A stretch of DNA of 64,000 bases from positions 310,001 through 374,000 of the forward strand of contig BROI01000024.1 of NCBI GenBank assembly GCA_027923505.1. Direction: 5' to 3'. Source of the stretch: Mayamaea pseudoterrestris (Eukaryota). Positions 52,041 through 64,000 of the stretch are shown piece by piece. Under the pieces are notes generated by a model. The model was given only the letters and a program-made list of their open reading frames with translations, searched no databases and was not told where the DNA came from. Within the stretch, counting starts at the first letter, position 1. Every line of letters begins with the position of its first letter. The translations under genes were made by a program, and so were the position numbers.

Positions 52041-53897
52041 CTACCTCAGAAAGACTGTGTATCGCTCTTCGCCCCACAACTGCTCGTCTGTTCCAAGCCA
52101 TTGGTTGGCGTCAACAATGACTTCTGCACCATCATTCTCTTCCTGATCGAGCGGCATGTTGTATTTCGCACGATCCACGTCATCCTTGACAGCAGCAATG
52201 CAGATGTTTTCAATTTGACGACTGACCAGCCTGTGATCCAAAGGTTTCGGTAATAAATCCAAAAGTCGCTCCTTGGGCGCTGCATAATTTGGCAAACCCT
52301 TGCCTACCGTGACAATTATAGGTGGCTCGAAGGAAGGGTCAACCGGCAGTGGTATTCGATCAATGCAAACCCTACCACCTCGTCCGATTCTTGGTCTGTT
52401 ACGGAATCGCGTACTTTGCTCTAAATGCGAATCGACGTATGTTGCAACGTTGGGTACAGAGTCACACCAACTCGTCTTGTACGACTCTCTCGTCGACAAT
52501 GGCTGTAAAAAGTTGGGCGCAGGCTCTCCAAAGTTACGACCAGCAACATTTAAGGCGGCGCTTGCGTCTTGTCCTTCGACTGCATTTTGTCGATTCCCAA
52601 TCGCACCAACCCGACCTTGTCCATTACCAGATGTGTCAAACCCACGGCCTGCTGCTCCAGTACTCCTGCACCGCTTATTTTTTCGCCCGTGCAAGTCAAT
52701 CAATGCCGACTCTTCCAGCTCACGCTTGACTGCGGCTCGACTACTAGTCGTCCGTCGCGGTCGGCCCGATGTATCCACCACATTCGACAAACGCTGCCGA
52801 AACAAGTCAATCCGCAGCTGACACTGCGTCCGCTGAAGCTCCTCCCGCCGCTTGACGAGCCGCAGCACGGTCCGCAGCGATTCAAAGTCGTTGCGCAGCT
52901 GCTGCAACTTTTCAAAGGCTGCAAAATCGTTTTGCCGCTTTTTGCGGAGTCGATACTTTTCCTTTTCACGTGGACGAAAGACTAAATGGGGGTTGGTGTC
53001 TTCCGTCGATGTGACGGGCCAGTAGTTGCGCAGCAGTGGGCGCTTGAGTTTGGAGCGCTTCTGCACCCAGTAGTGGTAAACGTCCTGCATCACCGTGCGG
53101 CTCGTGACGGGCGTAGAAACAGAGGCTCCAGGTAGATGATTGCGCAAGACTGGCGTGGGAAACAGTTCCGTCAGTTGAGGTATTCTTTCGAGAATGAACT
53201 GTTCCGCCTGCTGCATAGTAACAATTGATTCAAAGCCAGTCTTCTTCTCGAGGACATCAAGCATTGTTTCGAATAGTGTGATTGATAGTTGCGGAGGTCT
53301 ATATATTGGTTCCAAGGATGCGAGAAAACTAAGGTCAGACATATCCTTGTCCTTTTGCTCGTCTTCCATCGCTCCATTGTTAGCTTCATCTACTACAAGG
53401 TCTACAGCTCCTCCAAACTTTGTGTTGCTCTCCAGCCATTCTTCATCCTCCAAATCAGCAACGTAGTCGAGTCGCGCCATGAATTCGTCCGACGTGACTC
53501 GATGGTAGCGCACGTAGGAGCGAGGCAGCTCATAGTTGGCCGGAACGTCGCGATGGTACGTGTCATTCACTGTCAAGTGCGGCACTGGAATTTCCAGTTT
53601 TGGTCGAGGAACAACCAGTGGAGTCTGGAACATAAAATAAAATGATGATGCAGACACTTAGTGAGCAATGCGAATATCCGATTGCCTGCAAGAGCTCACA
53701 ATAACATATTTTTCACTCACAGCCGTCGAAATGGCATCGCCCAGGTCTTGCACGGAAACGGTCCGAACGGAACCATTGACTTCAAAGTGCAAAATGTCGT
53801 CGACGGTGCGAACGACGGCAATCTTTTTATAGACGTTGAGAGCAGACGGTGCGACTATCGTGGCTGTCGACATGCTGCTACTCTTTGTGGCTGTCAT
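52041..53897 (-). CDS. EPC: Enhancer of polycomb-like (EPC/Epl1, NuA4 subunit); intron 53625-53699
   Basis: IPVP, YVRY, DYVADLEDEEWL, FETMLDVLEK, VYHYWVQKRSKLKRPLL, DTNPHLVFRPREKE, VKRRE, RPRIGRGGRVCIDR motifs. Confidence 0.88.
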
Positions 53898-54171
53898 ACT
53901 ATATGAATTGATGTGTAACAAATAATAAAGACGGAATGTAAATTGCAATTTGCAAGTTGTCTCGTATGTCGTGTTTCGCTGTGGGTGATCGCTCGTCATG
54001 GTGGCGTCGACTTTCGCCGATTTGATTGGCTACGTGAGTACCGCTACGATAACTATTGCGCGCAGGCGCGGCAGACGATGATCCGTTTTCGAATTACCCT
54101 CATCACAAACGTATCAGAAGATATCACAGCCAAGCATCAGCCATCGGCATAATACACCAACATCTTTTACA

Positions 54172-55404
54172 ATGAATGAAGCTCAGCAGAATCATGATCC
54201 AAGCATCCATACAGATCTTCCCGAGATACCTGCTCCTTTGCTGAGCGCCAAGAACGACGCGACAACTGACAAACAGCATCATGAACAACATTTTCTTGAC
54301 GAAACACTCGCAAAGCGCGAACGCAAAATCCGACGCGACGCCGTCCACAATGCCATTTTGCTCGCACCCGTCAACTTTGTCGCGGCCCTGGTCGTTTTTA
54401 TCATGCACATTGTGTCGCTCGAAATGTTAGTGAGCGTGGTGCTGACAGTCACATTGACAATCTACTTGTTTCAACGAATCAGCGACAGTCCCGAGTCACT
54501 CGATGGCAGCATTATGGACTTTGTGCTCTTGTCGTTCGCCGTCATTATTCCTCTCTCCAATACGGTTCAAATGGCCTTTCGGAGACGCGAGCAAGCCCTT
54601 TCTCTCATGGCGAGCTTTCGAGCCACGGAGGTGGAAATATTCCTATCGCACGCATCCTGGGATTGGAACCAAGTGCCAGGCAATTCACATGAAAGCGGTC
54701 GGACGAAGTCAACCGTCGACTGGGCGGAGCATGCGAGTGGCATTTTGGATGAGCTCTTGGCGATTGCCAACGAAATGGCGCGATATTTGACGCTCCCATC
54801 ATCAACAAGGGCACGACACAAGTCCTTGTCGTTCTTTGTCGCGGAAGCACGAAACACCCAAGCCGTGGCGGACGAGCTGCACAAGTCGGTGGTCAAGCGC
54901 ATGGCGATTGTGGCCGACTATTGCGAAATACTCAAGCGCGAAGGCATTCCTGGAAACGAGGCTGCTCGCATTCGACAGTGGGAACGATTCTTGCTCGACT
55001 ACATTGAAAAGCTGCGCATGCTCAAAATGTATCGCACGCCGCAAGCGTTGCGAAGCTTTGGTCGCTTGTTTTCCTTGTTGTTGCCAGCGTTTTACTGTCC
55101 CTTTTTCGCAGAAATGTCATACAAGCTGAATTCGTTGCCGTTTGGTATCGCCTTTGCCGTCATTGCATCCGTGGCGTTGACAGGTCTCTTTGAGACTGTC
55201 AGTCAGTTTGAAGATCCGTTTGCGGCGGAAGCTAGCGTTTTGGACGGCATTCATGTGCACGAGGAACTTGTGGGAAACCTCACGCCGCAGTTACTCATGC
55301 TCATGGACAAGTACTTTTCTACTGCTGCGGCCAGTGTTCGTCTCGATGAATTACAACTAGACGCTGGTCCGCCCAGGACTGGCGTGCGGTTTCTCGGAGA
55401 GTAA
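54172..55404 (+). CDS. Bestrophin-like (UPF0187-related) membrane protein
   Basis: TM segments, AFRRREQAL, KMYRTPQALR and QFEDPF motifs. Confidence 0.6.
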   Translation: MNEAQQNHDPSIHTDLPEIPAPLLSAKNDATTDKQHHEQHFLDETLAKRERKIRRDAVHNAILLAPVNFVAALVVFIMHIVSLEMLVSVVLTVTLTIYLFQRISDSPESLDGSIMDFVLLSFAVIIPLSNTVQMAFRRREQALSLMASFRATEVEIFLSHASWDWNQVPGNSHESGRTKSTVDWAEHASGILDELLAIANEMARYLTLPSSTRARHKSLSFFVAEARNTQAVADELHKSVVKRMAIVADYCEILKREGIPGNEAARIRQWERFLLDYIEKLRMLKMYRTPQALRSFGRLFSLLLPAFYCPFFAEMSYKLNSLPFGIAFAVIASVALTGLFETVSQFEDPFAAEASVLDGIHVHEELVGNLTPQLLMLMDKYFSTAAASVRLDELQLDAGPPRTGVRFLGE

Positions 55405-55484
55405 TTAAATATCACGATTCTGTATATAATATTAGATAGTGCATATGTTCAACTCTGTATTGCTTACACTGTACTCGTTCAATC

Positions 55485-56855
55485 CTATATATCGCCATGA
55501 ACGCGCACACGATACACGCAGGTGTAAGCGTCGTTTCCGTAATTATCCAAAATTTCAAACTTGACACCCGCAAAAGTCCCCGCCAATGCATCCGTAGGAT
55601 TCGGCGCCGCGCACGTACTCGCTTCCACCGCGCACGAGCCATCCTCTTGGTTGACTAAGAAAGTTTGCACACCACCCGCAGTGACATTATAGTTGAAGGA
55701 TGCAATGAGCGATGGCTTTGCTGGATCGAATCCGAGTCCATCGCATCCACGTTCACATGCTGGCAGCCCATACACTTTAATTTTCCGTGGAGCGCTTCCA
55801 TACGTCACCTTGTTTTCGTCCGCCGCCTGTGCGAGCAACTGTAATGGTGCGTGTTCCATGGATATGGCATTGATCCTGACGGGGTGTGCGAGTCGAATGA
55901 CGACGGACCCAAAGGTTCCAGCCATGGGCCAGCAGGATCCTGGCAGTACGCTCGGATTGAGAATGGTTTCGGGAGGAGCAACGCTCGTGCCTCGCGTCCA
56001 ACCAAGCGCATGAGCCATCGAGCTGTGTACAGAAAACGACCAGTCTTTCCAGTTGCGTGACAGCAAGTACTTCTCCCAGTCTTGCGGCATTAGTCGCTCC
56101 AAAAGAGGACTCGCCAGCGAAATACTCTTTTTGGTAGGCGCCTCATACGTTGGACTCGTGTATTGATGCACAATCGTGCCGTCGGAAGCATGATCGTACA
56201 TGCCAATGCCGTCGCGCGAAAACGTGACCAACCGTTGCAAAACGGCCGACGCTGCCTCGTCGGGACGAAGACAAGCAGCATCTTGCGCTACATGGATCGT
56301 TTCCTCCTGCTGCGCGGCAGATACAATGGTAGAGGCATTCTCCTGCGCCGCATTGGTGGCGGCCAATATTTGCGCCGTGCACCACTCCTGCAAGAGTTGT
56401 TCGCTGGCGGCAAGAATGGTTTGCGGATCAAGCATTTCCTCGACAAGCTCCTTTTGCTCATTCGTCATTTTCAAAACGACTGCTTCATTTTGCAATGCTT
56501 GAAACGTTGCCACATTGTCTCGTCGCTCCACTTCAGATGAAACAATGGAGTCGAGTTTGTGTGACAACGCTTGGAGCGCTGCAGCGTTTTGCCTGCGAAT
56601 CATGATTTCAACGTCACGCTGAGTATCTGCGATCGTATTTAAATCATTATTCATTGCGTCCATTTGATTAAATAGTTCTTGTGATTCTTGCATCGTTGAA
56701 TACATTGCATTGTAGGCATGTTCGTATTGTTGCTGCGTTTGCGAAACATCGAGAAATCCAAGGTCGACTGCTTGCAAATCGGCTGACTCATATAAAAGGC
56801 ATTGCAGCAGTAAAGTTATTGATAAAAGCCTTGATTGTAAGGACGGCATGGTCAA
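55485..56855 (-). CDS. SUN-domain protein
   Basis: N-terminal hydrophobic segment, coiled-coil, PGSCWPMAG, SMEH, SAPRKIKVYG, NYGNDAYTCVYRVRVHG. Confidence 0.92.
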   Translation of the reverse strand: MTMPSLQSRLLSITLLLQCLLYESADLQAVDLGFLDVSQTQQQYEHAYNAMYSTMQESQELFNQMDAMNNDLNTIADTQRDVEIMIRRQNAAALQALSHKLDSIVSSEVERRDNVATFQALQNEAVVLKMTNEQKELVEEMLDPQTILAASEQLLQEWCTAQILAATNAAQENASTIVSAAQQEETIHVAQDAACLRPDEAASAVLQRLVTFSRDGIGMYDHASDGTIVHQYTSPTYEAPTKKSISLASPLLERLMPQDWEKYLLSRNWKDWSFSVHSSMAHALGWTRGTSVAPPETILNPSVLPGSCWPMAGTFGSVVIRLAHPVRINAISMEHAPLQLLAQAADENKVTYGSAPRKIKVYGLPACERGCDGLGFDPAKPSLIASFNYNVTAGGVQTFLVNQEDGSCAVEASTCAAPNPTDALAGTFAGVKFEILDNYGNDAYTCVYRVRVHGDI

Positions 56856-57045
56856 TTAACGTATTTTGACGAGACAATGGTTGAGAATGAGCGGCAGTGC
56901 GCCATGGTGAAGATCGCGCCATTGGATCGAGTGGAGCGATGCAAAACCACTGCGACTTGAATGAAACGAGCGCTGCGATTCACCATGAGAAACCCGCGCC
57001 GCTGAATCTTTCAAACGTTTGCTTTCCATCAATAGCAGCAGCAAC

Positions 57046-57504
57046 ATGAGTAAACTAGCAGCACCAGCAGCAGCAAAAGCAAGCAGTACGCTTCCAAAGA
57101 AGGAGTCGATTTTGGAACTATCCAAACTGCAGGATCAACTCGTCCGCGTCAAGTGCATTGGTGGTCGCGAGCTGCTGGGAATTTTGCGCGGCTACGATGA
57201 GCTTGTCAATCTCGTATTGGACGAATGCGACGAGTTTCTGAGAGGTAAATGATGCTATTCATGGATTTAGTTAGTGTCGTGAGCAAGGAGCCTCGCTAGC
57301 TACCTTAATCACGTCTCTCTTCGCAACCTCACCCCGTATTTACTACTTCTTTTTTTTGCAGACGAATCGCACCAAGTCACCGATCAAAAGCGAAGATTAG
57401 GACTCGTCGTCATTCGAGGAACGCAAGTTTCAGTCGTGGCGCCAAATGATGGCGTGGAAGAGATTGCGAATCCGTTTGTAGCGGCAGCAGAGGATGATGA
57501 ATGA
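57046..57504 (+). CDS. LSM7: U6 snRNA-associated Sm-like protein LSm7; intron 57245-57361
   Basis: KKESILELSK...VRVKCIGGRELLGILRGYDELVNLVLDEC, then RRLGLVVIRGTQVSVVAP..GVEEIANPF. Confidence 0.93.
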
Positions 57505-57607
57505 GGCTTTGAAATAGTAGATAGTTCAAGTCTATAGTCTATATACCTTCTAAGTGTTATCGTTTATCCTGATATAAGTTTCTGCGAGCAAAGAATGACT
57601 GGCATTC

Positions 57608-59855
57608 TCAATGGGCAAGCAGTTTTTCGACTCGAATCGAGTAGCCTTGTCCAATGTTTAGCTCGTGCGATTCGCCAAACTCATTCTCGTGCAACAGCCT
57701 CCAGCCGTTCCTTGCCTCCGATCCGTGAGAATGCAGCTCCATGTCATTTTCCATCAATCGCCACTTGTCCATGATCCACTCCGGAATTGTGTCATTCGAT
57801 TTAATAGTCGTCGTCGACAAGCTTCGCCGGTTACCAAAGGGTGAACTCGTTTCCGGAGGAAGCGTGGCAGACCCAGGCACTGTTCCATATAGCTGCGCGA
57901 GAAACTCAAAGTTGGTGACATCGGGCTGCATATTGACGCTTGGATTGTTGGTGTAGTCCATGCAATTGCCTGTAATTTCATGTACGAGAGCAATCCATAG
58001 TTAGTCCAAACTCAAATTGTCGTTACATCTCAACAAATCTATGGCAAGAGATGACGTACCAAGATCAGCATTGTAAAAGTTTTCGTCAGAATGTGGCAAA
58101 CCAAATCCTGCAAAGTGTCAATCAAATACGGCAATGGTGAGACAAGGCGACCGTGCGCGGCGCCAAACAATGACACTTTAAAACCATGCAACAACACTCA
58201 CCATGGCCAACTTCGTGACACATTGTATATGTCTTTTGGTCGTCATCCGTTCCTTTCAGATAGTACTCATTCATACGCGCCGCGCTGGCAAAAATGTATC
58301 CATCCATCAACAACACCTTGTTAATGCCCTTCCATCTCGTGTCACCATAGTCGCCGTTGCACACTTTGAGTTTGTAGTTGAGCGGCGTGCACGAAAAGTC
58401 ATAGTCCGTCGCCGATGTCGACAGCGTCAAGGCATCCGGCGTGCCCTGATCCCACTGATCCACCGCGTGATAGAAAAAGTCGTACCAACTCTCCTCCGTC
58501 GCGCGCACCACTTCGAGCGCCAATCCACTGCCGTCGGATCGCCATCGGTTCGCCTGGTTGGGATTCTGCGCGGTAAAGGGATCCTCCTTCTTAAAGTCTT
58601 CGGGTGACGGAAAAAACTTGTTGCCACCCTTGTTGCCAAGGAAATACCACAATATACCAGCTGCCACTGCCGAAAGCTGTCGTGCGAGAAGATAAGCATG
58701 AGAAAATATAATGTGCGGCACACAACTAAACTATCACGCAACACATTACGTTCAGTCCACACACACATTACATTCACTCCAAATAATACGCACCAGAAAC
58801 GTTGGCACAATGAGACTCAGTACGCGCTTGCACGAGCACGTGCGAGGCGGTTCCGCTGATGCATGTCGCTGCTGCTGCTGACGCTGATTAACGCGCTGCT
58901 GCTCCGCCTTGGCCAACTCGCGCGCCAAGTGCTCATCCAGCAGCTCCTGCTCCAATTGGCGCGCTAAATCATAGTCCGTCTTGTTTTGTTCCGTCGCTGA
59001 CGTTTCCGAGTTGCTTCGACTCGTCAGCGGCGTGGACGAACGTTTCGATTGTTGCTTCAAACGGCGGGCAACATCCTCCTCATCCATGGCGCGCTGCAGC
59101 TCGCGGGCGAGTGCAACGTCGGCGTTCAAATCAATGGGTTTGCTACTATTGCTGCGACTATTCGACGGTTCGTTCGTATTTGCAACTCTGGCGCTGCGAA
59201 AGAGTGATTGCTCGAGGCGTTTCGAGTATTCTTCGTCCGTTTGCACGTTGCTACTAGGCGGCTTGTTTGTCGCATGCGATTGCTCATTTCCACGCCGCGC
59301 AGCGTTCGACGGCGACCTTCGCAACGCTCGCTCCTCCTCGCGAAAGGTTTTCTCCAAGCGTCGGGCAAACTCCTCGTCCGTTTCAGCCGGCGTTTGCATG
59401 AGTGGTTTGTGGTTGCTAATTCGTTGCTGCTGCTGCTGCGGCATGGGTTCAGCATTTGCTGCTGCTAAAGTTAGTGGTGGCGGTCGCTCGCGCAGACTTT
59501 TTACCTTGGTGGACCTTGCAATCGTTGCCGTGGGTATTGACGCGGCAGCTTGGGTCGTCGTCGCCGGCATGTTTTGGCGCACGCTGCTACTGGTCCTTCG
59601 CGCCGACGTTCCGTGCACCATCGTATTGCTGCTGCTATTGTGGCGCGACACTGCTCGTCGCGTCGGCTGCTCGGAAACGGGCATGCCTGGAACAAGTATA
59701 TTGTTATCGCTACTACTTCGTCGTGGTCTCGCATTAGAATGACTCGGTGCGCGCTGCGCATGTCGCTGCGAGCTATACTCTCGGGAAAACTCCTCCTGCA
59801 ATGCACGAGCCAGCGCTTCGTCATCGAGCTGCTGGTCCAAGTCTTCGACGCGCAT
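57608..59855 (-). CDS. Type II membrane metzincin-like metallopeptidase with N-terminal DExLAR repeats; introns 58677-58793, 58108-58201, 57970-58059
   Basis: Spliced product gives CHEVGHGFGLPH (HExxHxxGxxH) and CMDY Met-turn; TM VLSLIVPTFLLSAVAAGILWYFL spans intron 1. Confidence 0.8.
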
Positions 59856-60224
59856 ATTGTTGTTGTCAAGTATTGTAGATTGTATAGTATAGTTTAGGTG
59901 ACTCTCTCTCGTTATATAACGGTCGCTGATAGTAGTAAGGCAACTGGCACATTCGGAAGGGCGCGATTTGCGGCCCTGTTTCTCCATCTCGCGCTCCAAA
60001 CGACTCGCTGGTCATGTGGGGGAAGCGAAACGAACGCCCGCGAGTTGACAGGCTGGCGCGCGTGTTTTTAGGAACAGTCAAGTAACGTTGCGACATGCGC
60101 ACCATGACGCGGAAGATGCTTTTCACCATGACGACGACCGCGCACCATTTCGAGACTTCGCCAAGGTCTCCTATAACTACTCTCAGCAGCATTCGACATT
60201 TTATTCATCTCTATCGACTATAAC

Positions 60225-61253
60225 ATGTTCCAGCGAGAAGGCCTCACTCTCCTTCCAACGCAGCAGCCGCTGAATGCTGCTGCGGCGACGACGACGACGA
60301 CGACGACGACTGTCACTCCAACGCCGCCAAAAGCCTCCTTCTCGGAAACGGCCCTCCAGTGGATCCAACGCACCAAGCGAAGACGATTCATTTCCGGCGA
60401 AATCAATGATCCAGATGCCGCCGCCTGGGCCTTTTTTAGTAGGAAAGAGACGGGGATTTCCTTTGTCAATGCGGCGTTGCATGCGAAACAACAAGGAGCA
60501 GAATCTGTTTTAACAGCTAATGAAGGCACCTTCTCAAATAATATGCATGCGACTGCAGCATCCAACGCATTCATCTTTGACCAACTGCCCGTGATTGAGA
60601 TTCGAGGCAGTTGCGCCGCGACGTGGACCTTGCTGACGCTGGCGGCTCGCTTTGTCGTGGACACGAGGCCCTCGCGGTTTATATCAGCAGCAGCAGCAGC
60701 GGCGGCTATTAGCGCGAACAAACATGAGAAACTTCCCCAAGTCATATTCATGGACTCGACCTACGAATATTCGATTGCGCAACTAACAAATGTTGTGAGA
60801 TCGACGCTGCTAAAGCAGCAGACACATCAAAGCGTGGAGGAGGAGCAGTTGGCGCACGATTTACGCGAGTGTTTGTCGCGCATTCACCTTGCATCCTTGA
60901 CGGAATCGTACGAAGCCGTGGCGCTCCTGGAACTGTTTCGAACAGCGCTTGCGCCGAGTCAGTTCAATCATCCAACGCTGGTACTATGGGACGGTTTTTT
61001 GGATACCATTAACAACCAGCCGAGCCGGATGGATGTGGTGCGGCAAACGTCGCGGCTGCTGCGTGACTGTTCCGTAGTCTTTGCGTCAGCCTCGCGGCTC
61101 AGTCGCAGCCAACATGACTGGGACAAGTATGTGACGCATCGGATGAAACTGGATCGCAATCCGTCCGAGGAGGGACACGAGTATTTGGCGAGTGTGCATG
61201 ATGGTAGTATCAAGATTCCGTTTTCAGTGTCCTTGGCAGGGATACTTTCATAA
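60225..61253 (+). CDS. Divergent RAD51 paralog (XRCC2-like)
   Basis: TGISFVNAAL, VIEIRG, VIFMDS, CLSRIHL, LVLWDG follow RecA-fold order; Walker A degenerate. Confidence 0.55.
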   Translation: MFQREGLTLLPTQQPLNAAAATTTTTTTTVTPTPPKASFSETALQWIQRTKRRRFISGEINDPDAAAWAFFSRKETGISFVNAALHAKQQGAESVLTANEGTFSNNMHATAASNAFIFDQLPVIEIRGSCAATWTLLTLAARFVVDTRPSRFISAAAAAAAISANKHEKLPQVIFMDSTYEYSIAQLTNVVRSTLLKQQTHQSVEEEQLAHDLRECLSRIHLASLTESYEAVALLELFRTALAPSQFNHPTLVLWDGFLDTINNQPSRMDVVRQTSRLLRDCSVVFASASRLSRSQHDWDKYVTHRMKLDRNPSEEGHEYLASVHDGSIKIPFSVSLAGILS

Positions 61254-61386
61254 TGCTTACAGTCAATGATGAGACGAAAAAAGTTTAGTTTCAGCAGTTG
61301 GCTCTACCTTATATTGTTCAGAAAGTACTACAAGAGGTAAAAGTGTTTATTAAAATGGTTGCTAAAGTGTACACGGCAATGCCATT

Positions 61387-63276
61387 TTACATCATGCCGC
61401 CCATTCCACCCATACCTCCCATGCCTGGTGGCATTCCACCGCCGCCTCCTTCCACCTTCTTGTCGACAATCATTGACTCTGACGTAGTGAGAAGTCCGGC
61501 AACTGATGCAGCATCCAGCAGACCAGTTCGTGGAACCTTTGTTGGATCAATAATACCAGACTTGATCATGTCGACGTACTCGCCCTTTTGTGCGTCAAAT
61601 CCCCAGTTGACATCGACACCATCCTTGATGAGCTCACCAACAATGACAGCTCCTTCCTCGCCAGCATTCATGGCAATAGTGGAAAGTGGTGCTCTCAGTG
61701 CGCGTTGGATAATTTGAACGCCAATTCGTTGATCCATGTTAATGGCACTCTCCGCAATGGCGTCAAGCTTGGTGGAGCAGTACAGCAAGGCCTTGCCACC
61801 TCCCGGCACGATGCCTTCCTCAACGGCCGCACGGGTAGCGTTCAAGGCATCAACGACGCGGTCCTTCTTCTCCTGCACCTCAATTTCAGACGCGCCACCA
61901 ACCTTGATGACGGCAACTCCGCCCGACAACTTAGCGAGGCGTTCCTGCAACTTTTCACGCTCATAGTCGGACTTGGTCGTTTCGATCGAGTTTCGGATCA
62001 ACTCGCATCGCTCCTCCATGCCAGCCTTGTCACCGAGACCATCTTGGATAATGGTATCATTCTTGGAAATGGAAGCCTTCTTGGATCGACCCAAGTGTTC
62101 CGGCCGGACTTCCTCCAGCTTGAGGCCAATGTCTTCCGAAATGACAGTTCCGCCAGTCAAAAGGGCAATATCCTGCATGGTCGCCTTGCGGTTGTCTCCA
62201 AAGCCAGGCGCCTTGACGGCGCAAACCTTGATTCCGGCGCGAAGCTTGTTCACGACAAGAGTTGCAAGCGCCTCACTCTCAACATCCTCGGCAATAATCA
62301 GCAAGGATGACTGCGACTTGATGACGGACTCGAGCAAAGGGACTAGTTGCTGCAGGTTGCTAACCTTCTTTTCAACCAACAAAATCAAAGGATTCTCAAG
62401 CTCGCAAGTTTGCGTCTTGGCATCCGTGATAAAGTAGGGGCTAATGTAACCACGGTCAAACTTCATACCCTCGACAACGTTAAGCTCATTTTCAATCGTC
62501 TTGCCGTCTTCAACCGTAATGACGCCTTCCTTGCCAACCTTTTCCATGGCATCGGCAATCAAGTTTCCAATCTCCGAGTCCGAGTTTGCCGAAATGGTTC
62601 CAACCTGCGACACTTCCTCCTTTGACGAAATGGGTCGACTAATTTCACCAAGAGTCTTGACGACACTATCCACTGCCAGCTGAATACCCCGACGCAAGTC
62701 TTGCGGATTCAGTCCAGCCGCCACCGCCTTGCATCCCTCCGAGTAAATGGCCCGCGCCAAGACAGTCGCCGTCGTGGTGCCATCTCCCGCTAAATCGTTC
62801 GTTTTGGAAGCAACACTCTTGATGAGTTGGGCGCCCATGTCCTCAAAGGGATCCTCAAAGTCAATCGACTTGGCCACAGTCACGCCGTCCTTGGTAATCT
62901 TGGGAGGTCCGTAGGGTTGCTGGATAATGGCGTTGCGGCCCTTGGGTCCAAGAGTTACCTGGAATAGTGGAGCAAATGATAACGTTACGTGAGAGACTCA
63001 TTCGTTGTTCTTTCGCGGCGACTGCATGTTCGATTGTTCTGCGCAAAAGACTGCCAATCGCCCTAATACAGTCATCTTCATTAGTTCAACCATATTACTA
63101 TACAAACATTTTCTTGTACATACCTGCACGGCATCCGCCAGCGTGTTGACTCCGGCCAGCATGGCGTTGCGTCCGTCGACGCCAAACTTGATTTCCTTGG
63201 CGAATCCGCGGGAAACGACGCGCGTGCTGCGGGCAGCCACGCGGGCTCCCGTCTTGTGTAGTGCAGAAAGCATCAT
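61387..63276 (-). CDS. HSP60: Mitochondrial chaperonin Hsp60; intron 62959-63123
   Basis: Mitochondrial presequence, [32 protein letters not shown]-repeat tail. Confidence 0.97.
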
Positions 63277-63446
63277 GTTTATAATATAACGAATGAGTTA
63301 ATAAGTTACGGAAGAACGCGAAATGTACTCGAGTCAAGTCTGCTGGTTTGAAAGAACTTGTGTGTGATGAGCGAAAAACCAAAAGCGACGCGCTTGGTTG
63401 GTCGTCGAACGCTTTCACGTGGAAGCAGGTGGCGAAAGAGCCTGAC

Positions 63447-63456
63447 ATGACGTCAT
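63447..63456. promoter_or_regulatory. Palindromic ATGACGTCAT (bZIP/aureochrome-type box) in the Hsp60-Lhc divergent promoter
   Basis: Perfect 10-bp palindrome ~155 bp upstream of the Lhc ATG; CACGTG nearby at ~63416. Function inferred only. Confidence 0.3.
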
Positions 63457-63609
63457 CGAATGAGACAGCGTCGCAGCGGTGAAGAAATCGAGTCACGCGT
63501 CATGCTCGTGTCACGCGCAAACTTGAATCCGCGATCTTTCCGTTTTCTTCAAAAAGCAAACCTTGACACTTGGCTTGCTCGGGCTTCTTACAATATCTGC
63601 TGCAACATC

Positions 63610-64000
63610 ATGATGAAGTCTGCCATTCTCTTCACGGTCTTATCATCGGCTGCTGCCTTTGCGCCGGTGCAAACCTCCAGCGCCAAGTCGACGTTGGAAG
63701 CGTACGTTTCTTCATTCTTGTCGATGTTGCATCTTCGTTCGTATCAATGTTCCAATGACAGTCGATTCTCACATGTCTTTCGTCGCTCACTCCAATTCGC
63801 AGAGGCAAGGCTGACCTTCAAGTCATTGCGGAAAAAGCGAATCCATTGGTCAAGTTTTATGATCCGCTCTCGCTTGCGGACGCTGACTTTTGGGGCTTTG
63901 GCAATGAAGCAACGGTGCGTGTGAATTTAGGTTATCTTCAACACGGACATGCGCGTAGAGTAAATTATAGGAATAGCTAACAAACTCCATATTTACATAT
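63610..64000 (+). CDS. Light-harvesting complex (fucoxanthin-chlorophyll binding) protein, 5' part; introns 63702-63802 and from 63915
   Basis: MMKSAILFTVLSSAAAFAP presequence; spliced GKADLQVIAEKANPLVKFYDPLSLADADFWGFGNEAT contains the LHC F(Y)DPL motif. Confidence 0.8.

Noticed and set aside
60284..60310. (CGA)n and (GCA)n runs in the XRCC2-like gene
   Set aside because: Ordinary coding microsatellites (poly-Thr, poly-Ala) with no further structure.

Overview
Gene-dense eukaryotic DNA that reads as a diatom or related ochrophyte: short GT-AG introns, ASAFAP-type bipartite plastid presequences, an Lhc gene and a fused TrpA-TrpB. About 30 host genes are recognisable, including CacyBP, a mitochondrial carrier, DnaJ, LysRS, NudC, TrpAB, E2F, MGDG synthase, sterol methyltransferase, NDUFAF7, Enhancer of polycomb, SUN, LSm7, an XRCC2-like gene, Hsp60 and Lhc. 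Four things stand out. (1) An intact 7.07-kb tyrosine-recombinase retrotransposon with Ngaro-type split direct repeats (43424-50491). Its gag and RT/RNase H ORFs are in the same frame, separated only by one UGA followed by CGG and a stem-loop, a stop-codon readthrough signature. It also has an AUG-less overlapping YR ORF and a canonical G-quadruplex motif between two terminal repeats. (2) A solitary gag-like host ORF (13198-14865), possibly domesticated from this element class. (3) A ~5-kb gene-free island with two apparently unrelated nucleosome-sized tandem repeats (~175 bp x3 and 173 bp x20, with a ~1-kb higher-order duplication and CpG decay), a centromere or heterochromatin candidate. (4) A cluster of RXL-motif single-pass membrane proteins, one built from symmetric phase-1 lysine-rich (KxxK) cassette exons, which are candidate biosilica/SDV proteins. 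All calls come from manual reading and motif recognition; no database searches were run.
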